Assembly: GCA_904063045.1 (NCBI GenBank)
Contig: CAJFCJ010000006.1
Span: 3,302,408 to 3,366,407, forward strand
Origin: Dimorphilus gyrociliatus
Taxonomy: Eukaryota; Animalia; Annelida
Reading direction: 5' to 3'
Length of the DNA: 64,000 bases
The notes beneath the pieces were generated by a model, which searched no databases, had not been told where the DNA came from, and saw nothing but the letters and a program-made list of their open reading frames with translations. Made by a program: the position numbers and the translations under genes. Below, one piece after another: positions 1-12,163 of this stretch; within the stretch, counting starts at the first letter, position 1, and each line of letters opens with the position of its first letter.

Positions 1-3000
1 TAGCAATAGGTTTAATAACTTTGATACGACTCCTTGTTTCACTAGACTTATACTTTGTTCATCTATTTAATGAAAATAATTAATAGATTAGGTTCTATTT
101 CAAATCTTCCCTTTATCCTTAAGAAAAGTACATTTGATATTTTGGAAAAAAGACGAAACAACAGAGAAAAATTAATGAGGAGAAGAAAAAAAGATAGAAA
201 ATCGAAGTCACCATTTGTTGCAACATTCCCAATTACTAAGACGCCGCAACACTGCAATTGTTCCACATCGCTTTGTAACCATTTTATAGCTTCTCTGTAT
301 AGAGTTCCCTCACCATTCTTATATACTTCTTTTAAACTCTTCTCTAGAAAATAGCATAATTTTATTAATTTTATATGCATCAATAATAATCTTAATAATA
401 TTTATAATAGAATTTACAACGTACCGCCGGCAAATAATAAAACGATCAAATCTGTTACGCTTTTTAATATATCAATATCTTCTTCATTAGTACTGTATCT
501 CTCTAGAACGCTAAGGAGATTTTTGCAATGCATAGCTAACTGTAATTTAGCATCATCCGATGAATTACACAGAGATGATAAAAATTCTAAAATTATTTCT
601 GGATCTACATCTTTCTTAGTAAGGAGCTCCGATGACATTTTTATGAAATCCCTTTTTAAAATGGCATCACGACACATATCTGTAAATATCATGTATTCAA
701 ATTATTAATAACCTATTAAAAGAGGATTGTTTTTTGTAAAGTATATTAGAATGACTTAATACCTGTATCGACAAGGCCGGTGATAACGTTTAAAAGCATT
801 CTTAACGTAGATTCATCTTTTATTTCATTTAGGTAATCTTGAAGAATATCAATAGCACCCAAACAGCAAACTTTCTCTTGAATACTCTCTACAATAGATT
901 AAAATAATAATTACTCCCAGACTAATTGATGAATATTCTCATCTATACAAAGGATATACTAAGCATACAGTATACATATGATGAAAAACAATAAAGGTTG
1001 GAGAGAAAATAAATACTCTATTATTTAAATTTCTATATCGTGATAGCAAACTATAATAATACTTTCCTTAAAATATTATATATATTCAGTATATATATAT
1101 ATATTAATACATATATATATATTTATTGCATTTTGTCCATACAAATATGATATATCAATTTTTTTGTTGTATTTATTTAATATACAAGTATTGAAAATCA
1201 TTAATATATGTGTATATATACACATATACAATCTATGATTATCTAGTCAATATTAACAACATTACTCCCTAGAAAGAGTTCATGCTTCATTTAATTGTAA
1301 AAATCTATAACTTTTCAAACAATCTCTCTCCTTCTTTACATCTTTACTGTAAACCACTACTTTAAAAAGCTAATTTTTATACAATTTCCCATTATTTCCT
1401 ACTTCCTATCGATTATACGTATTGCAAATTGATTACTCTCTACTGATGGGATATGTTTTTAAGGAAATCAAAGTGGATGTATGAAAGAGAGATGGAAAAA
1501 GAGAGCAAAAATAGGAATTGTAAAATAAGAATAAAAAAGGAAAACAGCTAAAAATTAACCCACAAACAAATAATTCTAGTCTATGTGTTCTATGGGAATT
1601 TTGATGAAGACGAATGTGTATACCATGGTCGACGCTGGCGTTAAATTGTATATTGACAGACATTTGCTTGAAAGAAACATTTGAATTGTCTTTACCGAAT
1701 TCAACCGGTTTATTGATATTACATTCCGATAATTCGATATCTAATCAAAGAAATATTTATGAGGGAAAAAATCATTTTTCATATTTGTCTTGAAATTATG
1801 TTTGAATATTAACTTTGCATAATTAGATAGGTTAAATATGTGATATATTTAGGTGATGATTTTATGAGTAATAAATAATAATACTTACCATTATCATTTG
1901 TTAAATTTAGCAAAAAACCCAAAGCAACAGTACGTAATTTATCACTTGTTTCATATCTAGAACACAGATTTTCTCTAAGAATTCCCAAAAGTGCTGCAAT
2001 TCCTTCATTTTCATCTATAATTCTTCTTGCTTTCTCTAAAAATATTTGATAAAAAAAGAAACATTTTTATAAATGCGCGAAACGCTTTATGCAGGGAAGC
2101 AGAATTCTTAAATTAAGTCAACAACATGTCGGTAGAATAAGTAAGACTTGTAGAAAAGGTCCTTAAAACGGACATACTAACCGCAATCGAAGCACATATT
2201 TCCCAGAGCTCTACACGCTTCAATAACTTCTTCACATTTTCCAAATCGCAATAATGACATTAAGCCAGGAACAAGATTTGACTCTAAGCATGCTAAACGA
2301 CCTTTTTCTGAAAAAAAGTTTAGCGTATTTTATTTTAAAACTGTCCCTCCAAACAACAAGAGAGGCTAAATTATTACCAATTTTAGCAATTTCTGCTATT
2401 AATTCAGCACATTGTAGCTTTCCATCCCGATCTCTAGTATCAAAGATTAATCGACATTCTTTTAGAACTTCACTGGACAAAATGTAATCAATACTTTGGC
2501 TTTTCGTATCTATGTAATCAAAAAAACGTAGCATTAGAGTCTGTTACGTATAACTTGAATAAAATTACAAAATGGCTTACCTTCATTTGTAACATATCCA
2601 ACTAACTTTAAGAGTTGACCCGAAGAATTTTTTCCTCCTAACAGGCTATTTACTATAGCTGCCAAATCTGTATTGTTAATATAGAATATAAATAATTTAA
2701 CGAATTTTATATGAAGACGTTTTATATTGTTAAGGGAGGAATTATTTGAAACATTACAACTCCTATGATATTTCCAATTGAGTAAACCGAAGAAAAAAAA
2801 TTCTTACATTTTATAGAATTAATTCTGCTCTTTTTTTTATTTATACAAATTTTCGCCTACACGAGTAAAATTCCTTATTATGTTTACTACAAAAGTTTGC
2901 ACTTACCGAACACAAGATATCTTTTTTGTTATTAATCGGTTGACTCATTAAAGGGAATTTTTATTATATGATAGTCAAACACGTATTTATCCTTACAATT

Positions 3001-3045
3001 GAATAACAAGTAAAAAAATTAAGTGAACTAACCTTCTTTCGACAT
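1..3045 (-). CDS. RAP1GDS1: Rap1 GTPase-GDP dissociation stimulator 1 (SmgGDS/vimar), multi-exon, 3' end runs off the left edge
   Basis: Spliced ARM-repeat segments match SmgGDS: GKLQCAELIAEIAK, EVIEACRALGNMCFD, KLRTVALGFLLNLTNDN, DDAKLQL...DILKSVTDLIVLLFAGG, WLQSDVEQLQCCGVLVIGNVA. Likely first coding exon ATGTCGAAAGAAG/gttagt at 3045-3033. Confidence 0.88.
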
Positions 3046-3732
3046 AGTTTATACAATCAATAGTAGTTTTTGGAGTAAAGCAGGTTTACAAATCGATCAG
3101 AGTGACGCTTTTTGGTCAAAAATTCGGAGATGCTCTTTTCAGCGCCATCTACCACTTATAGTTATCAACGTTGAATTATCGTTCAAAATGGGGAAGTTGT
3201 AGTTGTTTGGTTTATTTTTGCACTATTTCAAAAGAATTATTATATGAAAGTATATTTGGTTGAAGAAATATACTAAATTAGTCCAAATTCTGATAAATTA
3301 GATGGATATAATCTAATTATGCCAGAATAATGTTTGCGGTTTCAGATAATAGAGTAAACAGAGGTGGCGCCTCAAATTGTCCGTTTGATATCATTTCCGG
3401 ACTTAAATAAGCGGGAAGTTTTGAATATGTTTAAAAATGAATTATTAATACACATCCTTTGAAAATAACGGATTTGTAAAGTAAATAGTAAAAAGATCAA
3501 TAAAATTTGCTGAATAAACATAAAAAAGTACTTAAAATTTCTATTTTTATACGAATCAGTCTTGTATATTAAAAATCAATTTTTGAAAAAGACAATTGTA
3601 AACATCAGAAGCCTTTATGAAAGATATTGATTTTGTGGTTAGAGAAAATTTTCAATAGTCTAAAATTCATCCCAAGGAGTTTAAGATCTATAGTTAAGTC
3701 CCATCTATATTATTTTAAAGCTTGAAACGGAT

Positions 3733-4687
3733 GGGCTTAGGAGAAATTACAATTGAAATATGCAATTAAATACGAGTCTGATTGCCAGAATTGGTCAACG
3801 AACGCGAATGCTACTATTGTCCAAAAAACAAATCATAGAAATGAATACTATCCGAGAAATTTCCCAAATAGACGATATAGCTTATTTTCCATAAATCATC
3901 AGAATGTCAAGGTGAATCCAGATAAATATACTACCAGGAGGAATTTGAACTTCAATGAAACAAATTATTTTTAGAAAATAACAGGAAATATACGACCGAT
4001 AGAGGAAAAGATTAGGAATGCACAACGTAATAGTCAACAACTTTCAGTTGCTCTTAAAAGCAACTTAGATATTAGCAGTAGTCATCCAACGAAGAGCCAA
4101 CAGGCTAAATTCCGTGAGAGGATATACATAAGAAAAAATTCATCGTATATTTCCAAATAATATACAAATGGACGAAATAGCAGCTGGTAATCGGGGTATA
4201 CAAGATAAATGATACTAACAAGGAAGGCTTTACTTCCTTACAATCGAAAAAGGGAAAAGAAGGGGAAAAAGGAAAGGAAGAATATGAAAAAAGGAAAGAA
4301 AAAGAAATCTAGAAAAGTAAACCTAACAAGTAACCTAGAAATTACATGTGAGAGAGAGAGAGAGAGAGAGAATTCTCTAGAATAAATTCTCGAAAACTGT
4401 ACCCATTTTACGAAATCGAGTGTAGAATGCTGCAGAAACAAGCTCAACGACCACTACACCCAAGCAAATCCAAAGGCTTATATAGACGAAAAAGGGGCAT
4501 ACTAGAATTTACATTCAATAAGAGAGGTCATTCTAAATATAATACACCGAACAGAAGTATAATATATTCTTTACCAATTCCCACAAAAACTAGAAGGAAG
4601 AAATTGACTAATAGGAAATTGGGTCTTGAAAACATATTGGCATTAGACTTAAAAAGAGGTCGCTTAAGAGGATTAAAAATGAATTAA
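3733..4687 (+). CDS. Possible uncharacterised, fast-evolving multi-exon gene (model uncertain)
   Basis: Open frames at about 3733-3911, 3975-4110 and 4381-4687 flanked by plausible GT/AG sites (aag/gtgaat...tttttag; ttctctag). No recognisable domain and no fully consistent model. Confidence 0.25.
4349..4371. repeat. (GA)n microsatellite
   Basis: Direct GA dinucleotide run. Confidence 0.85.
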
Positions 4688-5461
4688 TTACCATCCACCT
4701 ATGTCCTTCAAAAATATTAATAATTGTTATCTTCATTCTTAAATACTGTTTTTTTTTTCATCTGACTTAGAACATGAAATAACAAAATATTACGTAATTT
4801 AGAAAATAGTATAAAAGAAATTATACATACATACGCACATACTGTATATAAATATACACCAACACTAGCATCAGTTGACTAAGCTTTATTTATGTAAGAA
4901 TTGTTTTAGCTACAGCCCTTAATTAGTTTTGTCAAATCTGTCACAAAATAGAACAGAAACCACAAAACAAAATATAAACAAAATAATATATTTTAAAAGA
5001 GAATTAGTATGCAACTTATTCCCCATATCTAGTTTTTTCAATGCATTAAGATTAGATTGCTTCCCTTTTAGATTGATACATTTTTCCCTTGTCATATAGA
5101 TTCTACTAACTAAAAAATATTGTATAGCTAAGTATAATACTTTCTCTCCGATAGAGGTGTTTATGATGATTTTGTTCTAAAATTTAATTTGCACTCGAGG
5201 CAATAGAATTTATGAAATATTTAATGAATGCTAGTAGTAAATAATTAAAAATATTTCTAAAAAAATTGATAAACCAGCTAGACTGGTGACTATAATAGTT
5301 AATATATTTCTCTAATACTATATTAAATACTAACCGACTTTTTTCAATAATTGTCGGAATATACTGTACTATACTTGAGCTTTCATTCTATTCTATTTGT
5401 GGTAAATCCCACGTGACGTCAAAAGGGATATCCCCAAAAGGTTAAAATTGTTACTGATAGA

Positions 5462-6412
5462 ATGTCCTTAACTACATTAATTCATGGCACTGTGGCCAGT
5501 TACCTATTTTTTTCTAATCATTATTATATAATAAACATTCCTGATAAATTTGGCAATACTGGATATTCTAATTATTTCTATTTCAATGGCTTTGCGGGAA
5601 AATATAAGTACCTCACGCAAATATGTTTCGTAAGTGGGACTATTCGATCATGCATTACATTTTTTCACTAAATTTTAAATATTTTCAGGATCTTTTGATA
5701 ATTTATTATTGGATTGCTTTCTTGTGCGACCTACTATACAAAAACGTGAACCACCTGAAGAAACCAGAAGAAAGAGGAACAATCAAAGTTATCCTAGATT
5801 ATCTATTTAATGTAGTCATTTTTCCTATATCTTTTCTGGTTGTGTTTATGTTTTGGATTGTATATAGTATCAACAGAGAATTAATATTTCCCAAAAAATT
5901 CGATGAAATAATACCCTCATGGTTGAATCATAGTTGGGTTAGTATATATAAAAATGCTACCAACTCTTTGTTAATTTCAGAGATACTATCTATGTGAAAT
6001 ATTAAATTAATTTAATATTGCAGCATACACTACCACTAATTTTAGTATTAATGGAAAAATATCTTGTTTACCATCATATTCAAAGTCGACTAAACGCTTT
6101 CTATGGAATTGCAACTTTGGTGCTTTTATATACTTCTGTAATCTTTGCCGTCTACTATATTGATGATTTTTGGGTTTATCCAGTCTTAAAGGTTCTATCG
6201 TGGCCTTTGAGAATTGCTTTTATTGGTTTCTGTATTATGTTATTTTTCATCTTATACATCATAGGAGAATTTGTAACATACTTGATCTACTTCAAATGTA
6301 AGTCTTTTACCGAAAAAGTATGATAATGTAAATAAGTTGTTAATTTTATTTTGCAGCTTCACCTTCACCAAAACCGAAGAAAAAAACAAAAAAGACTAAA
6401 AAAGAAGATTAA
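5462..6412 (+). CDS. AIG1: AIG1/ADTRP (FAR-17a) family membrane Thr/His hydrolase, 4 exons
   Basis: Motifs FAGKYKYLT (catalytic Thr), NRELIFPK, NHSW/HTLP (catalytic His) and WVYPVL; multiple TM segments; C-terminus KKTKKED with a dilysine ER-retrieval motif. Confidence 0.85.
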
Positions 6413-6853
6413 AATTATTAAGCGTTAATTGGATTTAGGAAGTTAACTATTCTAATCATTAGTTATACGTCTCTGTTAGAGCCACATACAATATACTAAT
6501 ATGATGTGTAATATTTGTATGATAATATTTTTACTATGAAAATTCTAGCTTTATTGTACTCGTATTGTGTAACATTTAACATATAAAAGTGAAAATATCA
6601 ACTTCATCGTTAGCTCTATAAGTTCTAGTAAACTAATTAACTTTAATGATTTTTGAACGGCTATTGATAAAGAATTTTATTCTTTTTTCTTTAATAATTT
6701 AGTGATTCTTATGCAATTTCCATATTACTTAAATTATCTAACCAAAAAAATTTTTTTGTCAAAAATCTTCATTAATCGAAAACGTTTATTTGTAAAATAA
6801 CATGAAATAGAATGTTGTATTTGATAGTGGATTTACAACACAGCGCCAGATAA

Positions 6854-7062
6854 TCACGTGACACCCACCATCATCATTGTATGAATCGAAAAGAAAACTC
6901 ATTGCAAGATTTATGTTGTAAAATCTGTAAAATTTTTCATTGTCTAAATATTAATAATTTTTATGTCTTTTGTTTTTGATATCTTTATGGAAAATCACGT
7001 GACCAATTGAAAGCTTTATTTTTTTTTTATACAGTGAACTCGCGGTCTTAACGTCACGTGAC
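6854..7062. promoter_or_regulatory. Cluster of three TCACGTGAC E-boxes, one abutting a CCAAT; YY1-like CGCCATTTT just downstream
   Basis: TCACGTGAC at 6854-6862, 6995-7003 (followed by CAATT) and palindromic GTCACGTGAC at 7053-7062; CGCCATTTT at about 7077-7085. Confidence 0.6.
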
Positions 7063-7633
7063 TATTTTCTATTCATCGCCATTTTGGGTTTGAGTTGTAG
7101 TTTAATTCTGGTTTTGAGGTATAGATTTTGGCGCAAAATTGCTAATCGCTTGTTATTCAAATTATCGTGATTATTTTTTTATTTCTATAATTAATTGTGA
7201 GCGTTGACGATATTAATATTTACGTTCGAGTTTAATAGCAGTAATATTCCATCGGCAAGGTGTGTATATATGTTCAGAAAAAGAACACGAAGAAGCCTTA
7301 CTAATTAGGTTAGATACTGAAAGTAACGGGAACAAGAACCCGACAAGTTTTTTTAAAGAATCTTATCGGGTCTTGGGTGTTTTAGAATCCCGATCTGACA
7401 GGGGCATGCCTGAAACGATGAATCCAAACCTAAATTTTGCGAGACAGAGAATACTCGTCACTTGGGAAAATGATCAACACATTAACTTCGTTATTGTTAA
7501 TGAAGGTTCATTTATGTTTCGATTTAGCATATATACACATCAATGCCTAAACTTATAAGGAGGTAGCGTAGCAAAGAGACCTAGATGGAAATTATCAGCA
7601 AAATGTTCTGATAATAAAGAACAATCGGAATAA
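6881..7633 (+). CDS. Candidate ~125-aa orphan protein, possible N-terminal BC-box-like motif (exons 6881-6917, 7239-7505, 7560-7633)
   Basis: 114-codon open frame 7217-7558. Phase-compatible GT-AG joins give MNRKENSLQDLCSVIFHRQ...KRPRWKLSAKCSDNKEQSE; AATAAA near 7655. Confidence 0.3.
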
Positions 7634-7921
7634 TGTTTCAACTGAGAGACAGTCAATAAAGAACAGAAGTACGCATAAAAGACATTTTCTTTAAATTTCC
7701 TAAGCCAAAAACCTAGACTCTGTGATTAATAACTACAAAAAGATAATAATTTGTTATTAAAGTTTTGTTTGACCATGCAGAATACATACAGCAAAGCCTA
7801 AACATCATATCTGGATGTCTGATCAAATGGAATCGATATCGACATAAAAGCAATATCGTCAATATTTGCTATAAAGGATCGCTAACTCAATATAATTACT
7901 GTCTGCTTTGTTTAAAAAGAA

Positions 7922-10623
7922 ATGAAAATGTCTCATAAAAGTTGTGCCGTTAAATCCTGTACCAATCGCGAAAATATGCAAGCTTACAGAAAGTTTAAAT
8001 TTCATGGTTTTCCTAATTTTATCAAAGACCGTGAAAGGTGAGTAGTTGATTAATGAAATATGTAAATAAAATTCCTCTCTTGATATTTATTTACTAGATG
8101 CATAAAGTGGATAAAGTTCTGCGAAAATCCAGAATTAGAAGAGGAATTTGAGAAAAATCCTCATTGTCTTAGAAATTTCAAGATTTGCAGCGATCACTTT
8201 CAACGAAAATATTACAATTGCCCTCAACTATGGGACTCATCTTCACTTATGGCTTCAGCTGTTCCATCAGTTACTCAAATTGACGATAAAGGTTTAAATG
8301 TATCCCTAGAAGCGGTAGAAGGAGAGATGCTTAAGGGTCGATTGAAACGACCGCGTTTTACCGATACTTGCCTAAATATAACTAATCAATTTGAACGATG
8401 GTCGAAACTGCGCAAAGCTTGTAAAATCGACTCCGATACCAGATTTACTAAAATGGTTTTAGACGTGTATGTTTTTTTCACTATCTTCAATTCTATTTTA
8501 AACTTTAAGATAACAGAAAAACAACGATAATCAAAGATAATCCTTTTTTTTTCACTTACCTAGATTTATGAAACAAATGCCTAAATTAGGTCTTCGAGAC
8601 GAGTTGCAGAGTTATAAAAAAGATATGATACCCGGTGAGGTAGACGACTTTCTATTAGAAGAAATCGATGAAGCCGAACGGAGGTAATATTTATAGCGAA
8701 AAATTGCGTTTTATGTTATAGGGGTTTTTTTTTAAGAACTGAAACTCAAATTTTTTTTTTTTTGAAGGAAAAAGAAAGTGGAACAAGCAGACGAAGATAC
8801 GAAAAAATCTCAGGAATCTCAGTTAACTCAAGCACTCGAGCCACCCCCAAATCTTGCCGATAAATCGCAATTTATTGCAATTGAGCCGGCTCATAAGCTA
8901 ATACCTGATGAAGAAACTCTTGCTGCTATTGCAAATGACGCCTCCTTATCGAGCACTGGTATATGGAAGAATGGAGACGTTCTTTATATAAATGGAGACG
9001 CAGATATTTCGCAGTTTCAACAAATGTTCGGTCGAGGTTTATCTAAACAATTAAAAAGTGTTTTTGAAAAATTAAAGAATACCAAACAAGCGCAGAAAAT
9101 TGAACCTATTGACGAAGTTGATAGCAAGGACATAGGGAAGGTTGAGTAAGTAATTTTCATTAAGACTGAAATGATAAAGAGTGAATCTTATTTATAATTT
9201 TTCCCTTTTAGCATCGAATCTGAACCGCTTGTTGAAAACTCCGCAGTGGATCCAGAAACAACCAGGAAATTATCAACGTTAATGGCAATTGCGCAGAAGG
9301 TTGGATTAGAAAACGAAGCAAACGAAAATTCTAAACCTATAGCTAGTAGCGAAATAAAACCAACGAGGGGCAGTAAGTTAAAGTAAATAATGAAAAATGT
9401 ATGAAAATAACATTTGCTTTGGCTCGTTATTAGGGAGAAAGTCGAAGAAAACGAAAACTCTTTATAAAGCTTATGCCTGCTCACACTGCGATCATTGGTG
9501 CACATCCCGTATAAAACACAGTCGGCACATGAAATCAGAACACCCAGAAATTGTTCGGCAAAATAATTTAGCCATGTGGCGCCAACGAAATTCCATTGCA
9601 CGCCAAAGGGTGACTGTGATATGCCATAAATGTGGGAAAGTGTGCTACTCAAAAGCATCTTATTATAATCATAATCAACTTGTTCATGGGGAGAAAAGGT
9701 TTCAATGTCCTGAGTGCAATTACAGAACGACAAGTAGCAGCCGAGTAAACTTTCATCGTAAAACGGTACATACATCGGAAAGAGCACACAGGTGTTCATA
9801 CTGCCCAAAATCATTCAAAAGAGCTGATCAAAAACGTATTCATGAAAGAATACATACCGGAGATAAACCGTACACATGTAGTATTTGCAATGAATCATTT
9901 ATTGATTGGCTCCGACGTAAAATACATCTAAAAAAAGTTCATGGCATAACGAATGAACAACAACAACAGTTAGAAGAGGGCTTGGCTTATATAACTGAGG
10001 AAAATATTGATGTTAAAATTAATAAGGGAAGAAAAGTTACGTACGACATAGATCTAAGATGTCCGATGATGTACTGTTCGTTCATTTCTCAAAATAAGCA
10101 GGCTATTATACAACATCTCCAAACGGAGCACAGCGACATCCGTGATCCTAAAAGCATCAAAGTGCGCTGTGCGGTGGAAGACTGTCAGTTTGAATCGACC
10201 TCACGAGTCGGTATTTTACACCATCATAAAAACTTGCATTCTGATGAGCGACCATTTGCTTGTCATATTTGCCAAAAGAGTTTCAAGAAACAGTATACTT
10301 TAACAAATCACTACCGAACCCATACCGGAGAAAAACCATACAAGTGTAGATTCTGTGCTGCTCAATTTGGACAACAGACAACCTGTAAGCAACATGAAAT
10401 AAAGCTCCACAACGTACCAGCCGTTGATGGAAGAAAGAACAGACAGTCCACTCTTGACCAAACAGTTCAGATAGAGATTGAAGAAGATCCTGAAATAGTG
10501 CAAACCTTTCAAGTTGAATCTGTTGTTCAACAAGGTGGTGAAATTCAAACATTAGAAATTGTACAACAGGACATGTCACCAGTTGGAGAACAAACAGTAC
10601 AAAACTGGAAATTTGAAATGTGA
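7922..10623 (+). CDS. THAP-domain plus C2H2 zinc-finger transcription factor, 5 exons
   Basis: N-terminal C2CH THAP signature (SCAVKSC...HGFP...KW...KICSDHF...AVPS); about 10 C2H2 fingers in the last exon with HTGDKPY/HTGEKPY linkers. Confidence 0.85.
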
Positions 10624-10740
10624 ACAGTTTGAAATAGTTTATTTTGAAAATCAGTATGAGGTTTTTTTGTTTCATTTTATAAGCTTTCGTAAACTAGTAT
10701 GTTCTGTACAACAGTTTTTCAAGACAAAATTTTGTTTTGT

Positions 10741-11293
10741 TCAAGGAAGTACATTTGCTAGAATTTGAGGATCGATAACTTGTCGTAGCCGTTGGTTCTC
10801 TAATTGTAACTTCTTATGTTTATCAGACAACTGTTGAAGTTGACCCTGTAAAATTTGTACTTCTTCTTTTACAGTAAACATGAGATGAAGCTTAACCATG
10901 TCCATGGCTTGTTCCACTTTGTTTTGTATGGCAGTCGTACTATTGCTGTAGGACGTAAATAAGACTTTTAGTATCTAATCATCAGCTGATAAATTCTATA
11001 ATACGCATACGAAATGTCGAAGCTATTTTTAGGAATATTGCAGTAGTACTCTTGTTAAATGACCTTGAAAAGCGTTAATCGATAAAAGTGTTTTCTATTT
11101 TACGATACTAGGAAAGATGCAAGGAACCAATTCATGACTTATCGATTCGTACGAACCTTGCAAGCAGCTGAAGCAAGAGGTCAATGTCCAAAAAGACGCC
11201 GTTATTAACAGCCGTGGCGGTGGTGTAATTAACAGGGTTATTTTCGACCCATTGCAAAACTCGATCGACCGAAACCGGAGAAAAATCAACCAT
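10741..11293 (-). CDS. TSC22D-like: TSC-22/DIP/bunched family leucine-zipper protein, short isoform (exons 11157-11293, 10741-10945)
   Basis: Exon 2 encodes AIQNKVEQAMDMVKLHLMFTVKEEVQILQGQLQQLSDKHKKLQLENQRLRQVIDPQ (TSC box plus zipper). Phase-2 join to the ATG exon. CCAAT box (agccaatcag on minus) at about 11418-11427. Confidence 0.85.
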
Positions 11294-11877
11294 CGATGCT
11301 TATGTCCCTGTATTACTCGTTAATTGATATGCTTATCCTCGTAGTGACTCTATTCTGCAAATGCCTGCAATGGTTTTATGTAAAAACTATATGGTACCCG
11401 TCCCGCACCTTTCTCTGATTGGCTGAAATCGATGTATGCGGATTGCGACTAGGCTGATCTTCTCGGTGTTAGCACTGTTCGCGAGCCGAAAAAAATCCCT
11501 GTAAAATTATGTAAATAAACACATAGCGTTCATTAAACAAGTCGTTAGAAAATTGAACGAACGTGACTTCTATTTTAGAAAGGAATCAATGGGATTTAAA
11601 GTGTATCTTGATCATATTTTCATATATTGTATTGTTATAATATTACCTAATTTTACTTTTAATTTTATTTGTGTATCTTATCTAATCATTTTCAAAATCG
11701 ATAAAAAATAAAAGTAGAAACAGATTAATAAACAAATTGTAATTTTTTTGTCGTTTGACTAAAAAAATACAATTATCATTATTCATAAATCCGATTAGTA
11801 GGAGCAAATTCTTAAAATCGCATGTCAACGTTTGATCGAACGATCAAACGTCTATTATAAATACCATCATAAGAGAG

Positions 11878-11893
11878 GCGGAGAGAGAGAGAG
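11878..11893. repeat. (GA)n microsatellite
   Basis: Direct GA run. Confidence 0.75.
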
Positions 11894-12163
11894 AAAGGAT
11901 GAGGCAGAAAGGCAGAGAGATCGTTGCCTTTAAAGACGAGATTTGTTTGCCTACGTCATAGAGTGGGAAAATGCAGTGAGGTCACGACTAAACTAGGCTA
12001 ATTGTTTTGTATGCTTGTTTTTTCCCAATTCTATAATCGACCTTGTGTTAAAGAAGTAGGTTATATTTTTTATATTTATGGCAAATTTATCATTGAAAAA
12101 AAAACGTGAGAAATACAGACAAACAACAATCGCTTAAGAAACGATGTAATTAACCTAAAATAT

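Noticed and set aside
7922-8530. THAP domain as part of an active P-element or other transposon
   Set aside because: No transposase catalytic domain or terminal inverted repeats; spliced in frame to host-type C2H2 exons.
9188-10675. Minus-strand ORFs of 208, 130 and 82 aa over the zinc-finger exon
   Set aside because: Antisense shadows of a well-supported CDS with no recognisable motifs. The same applies to ORFs such as 12288, 23961, 41144, 41200, 42460, 50646, 62440, 62725 and 63601.
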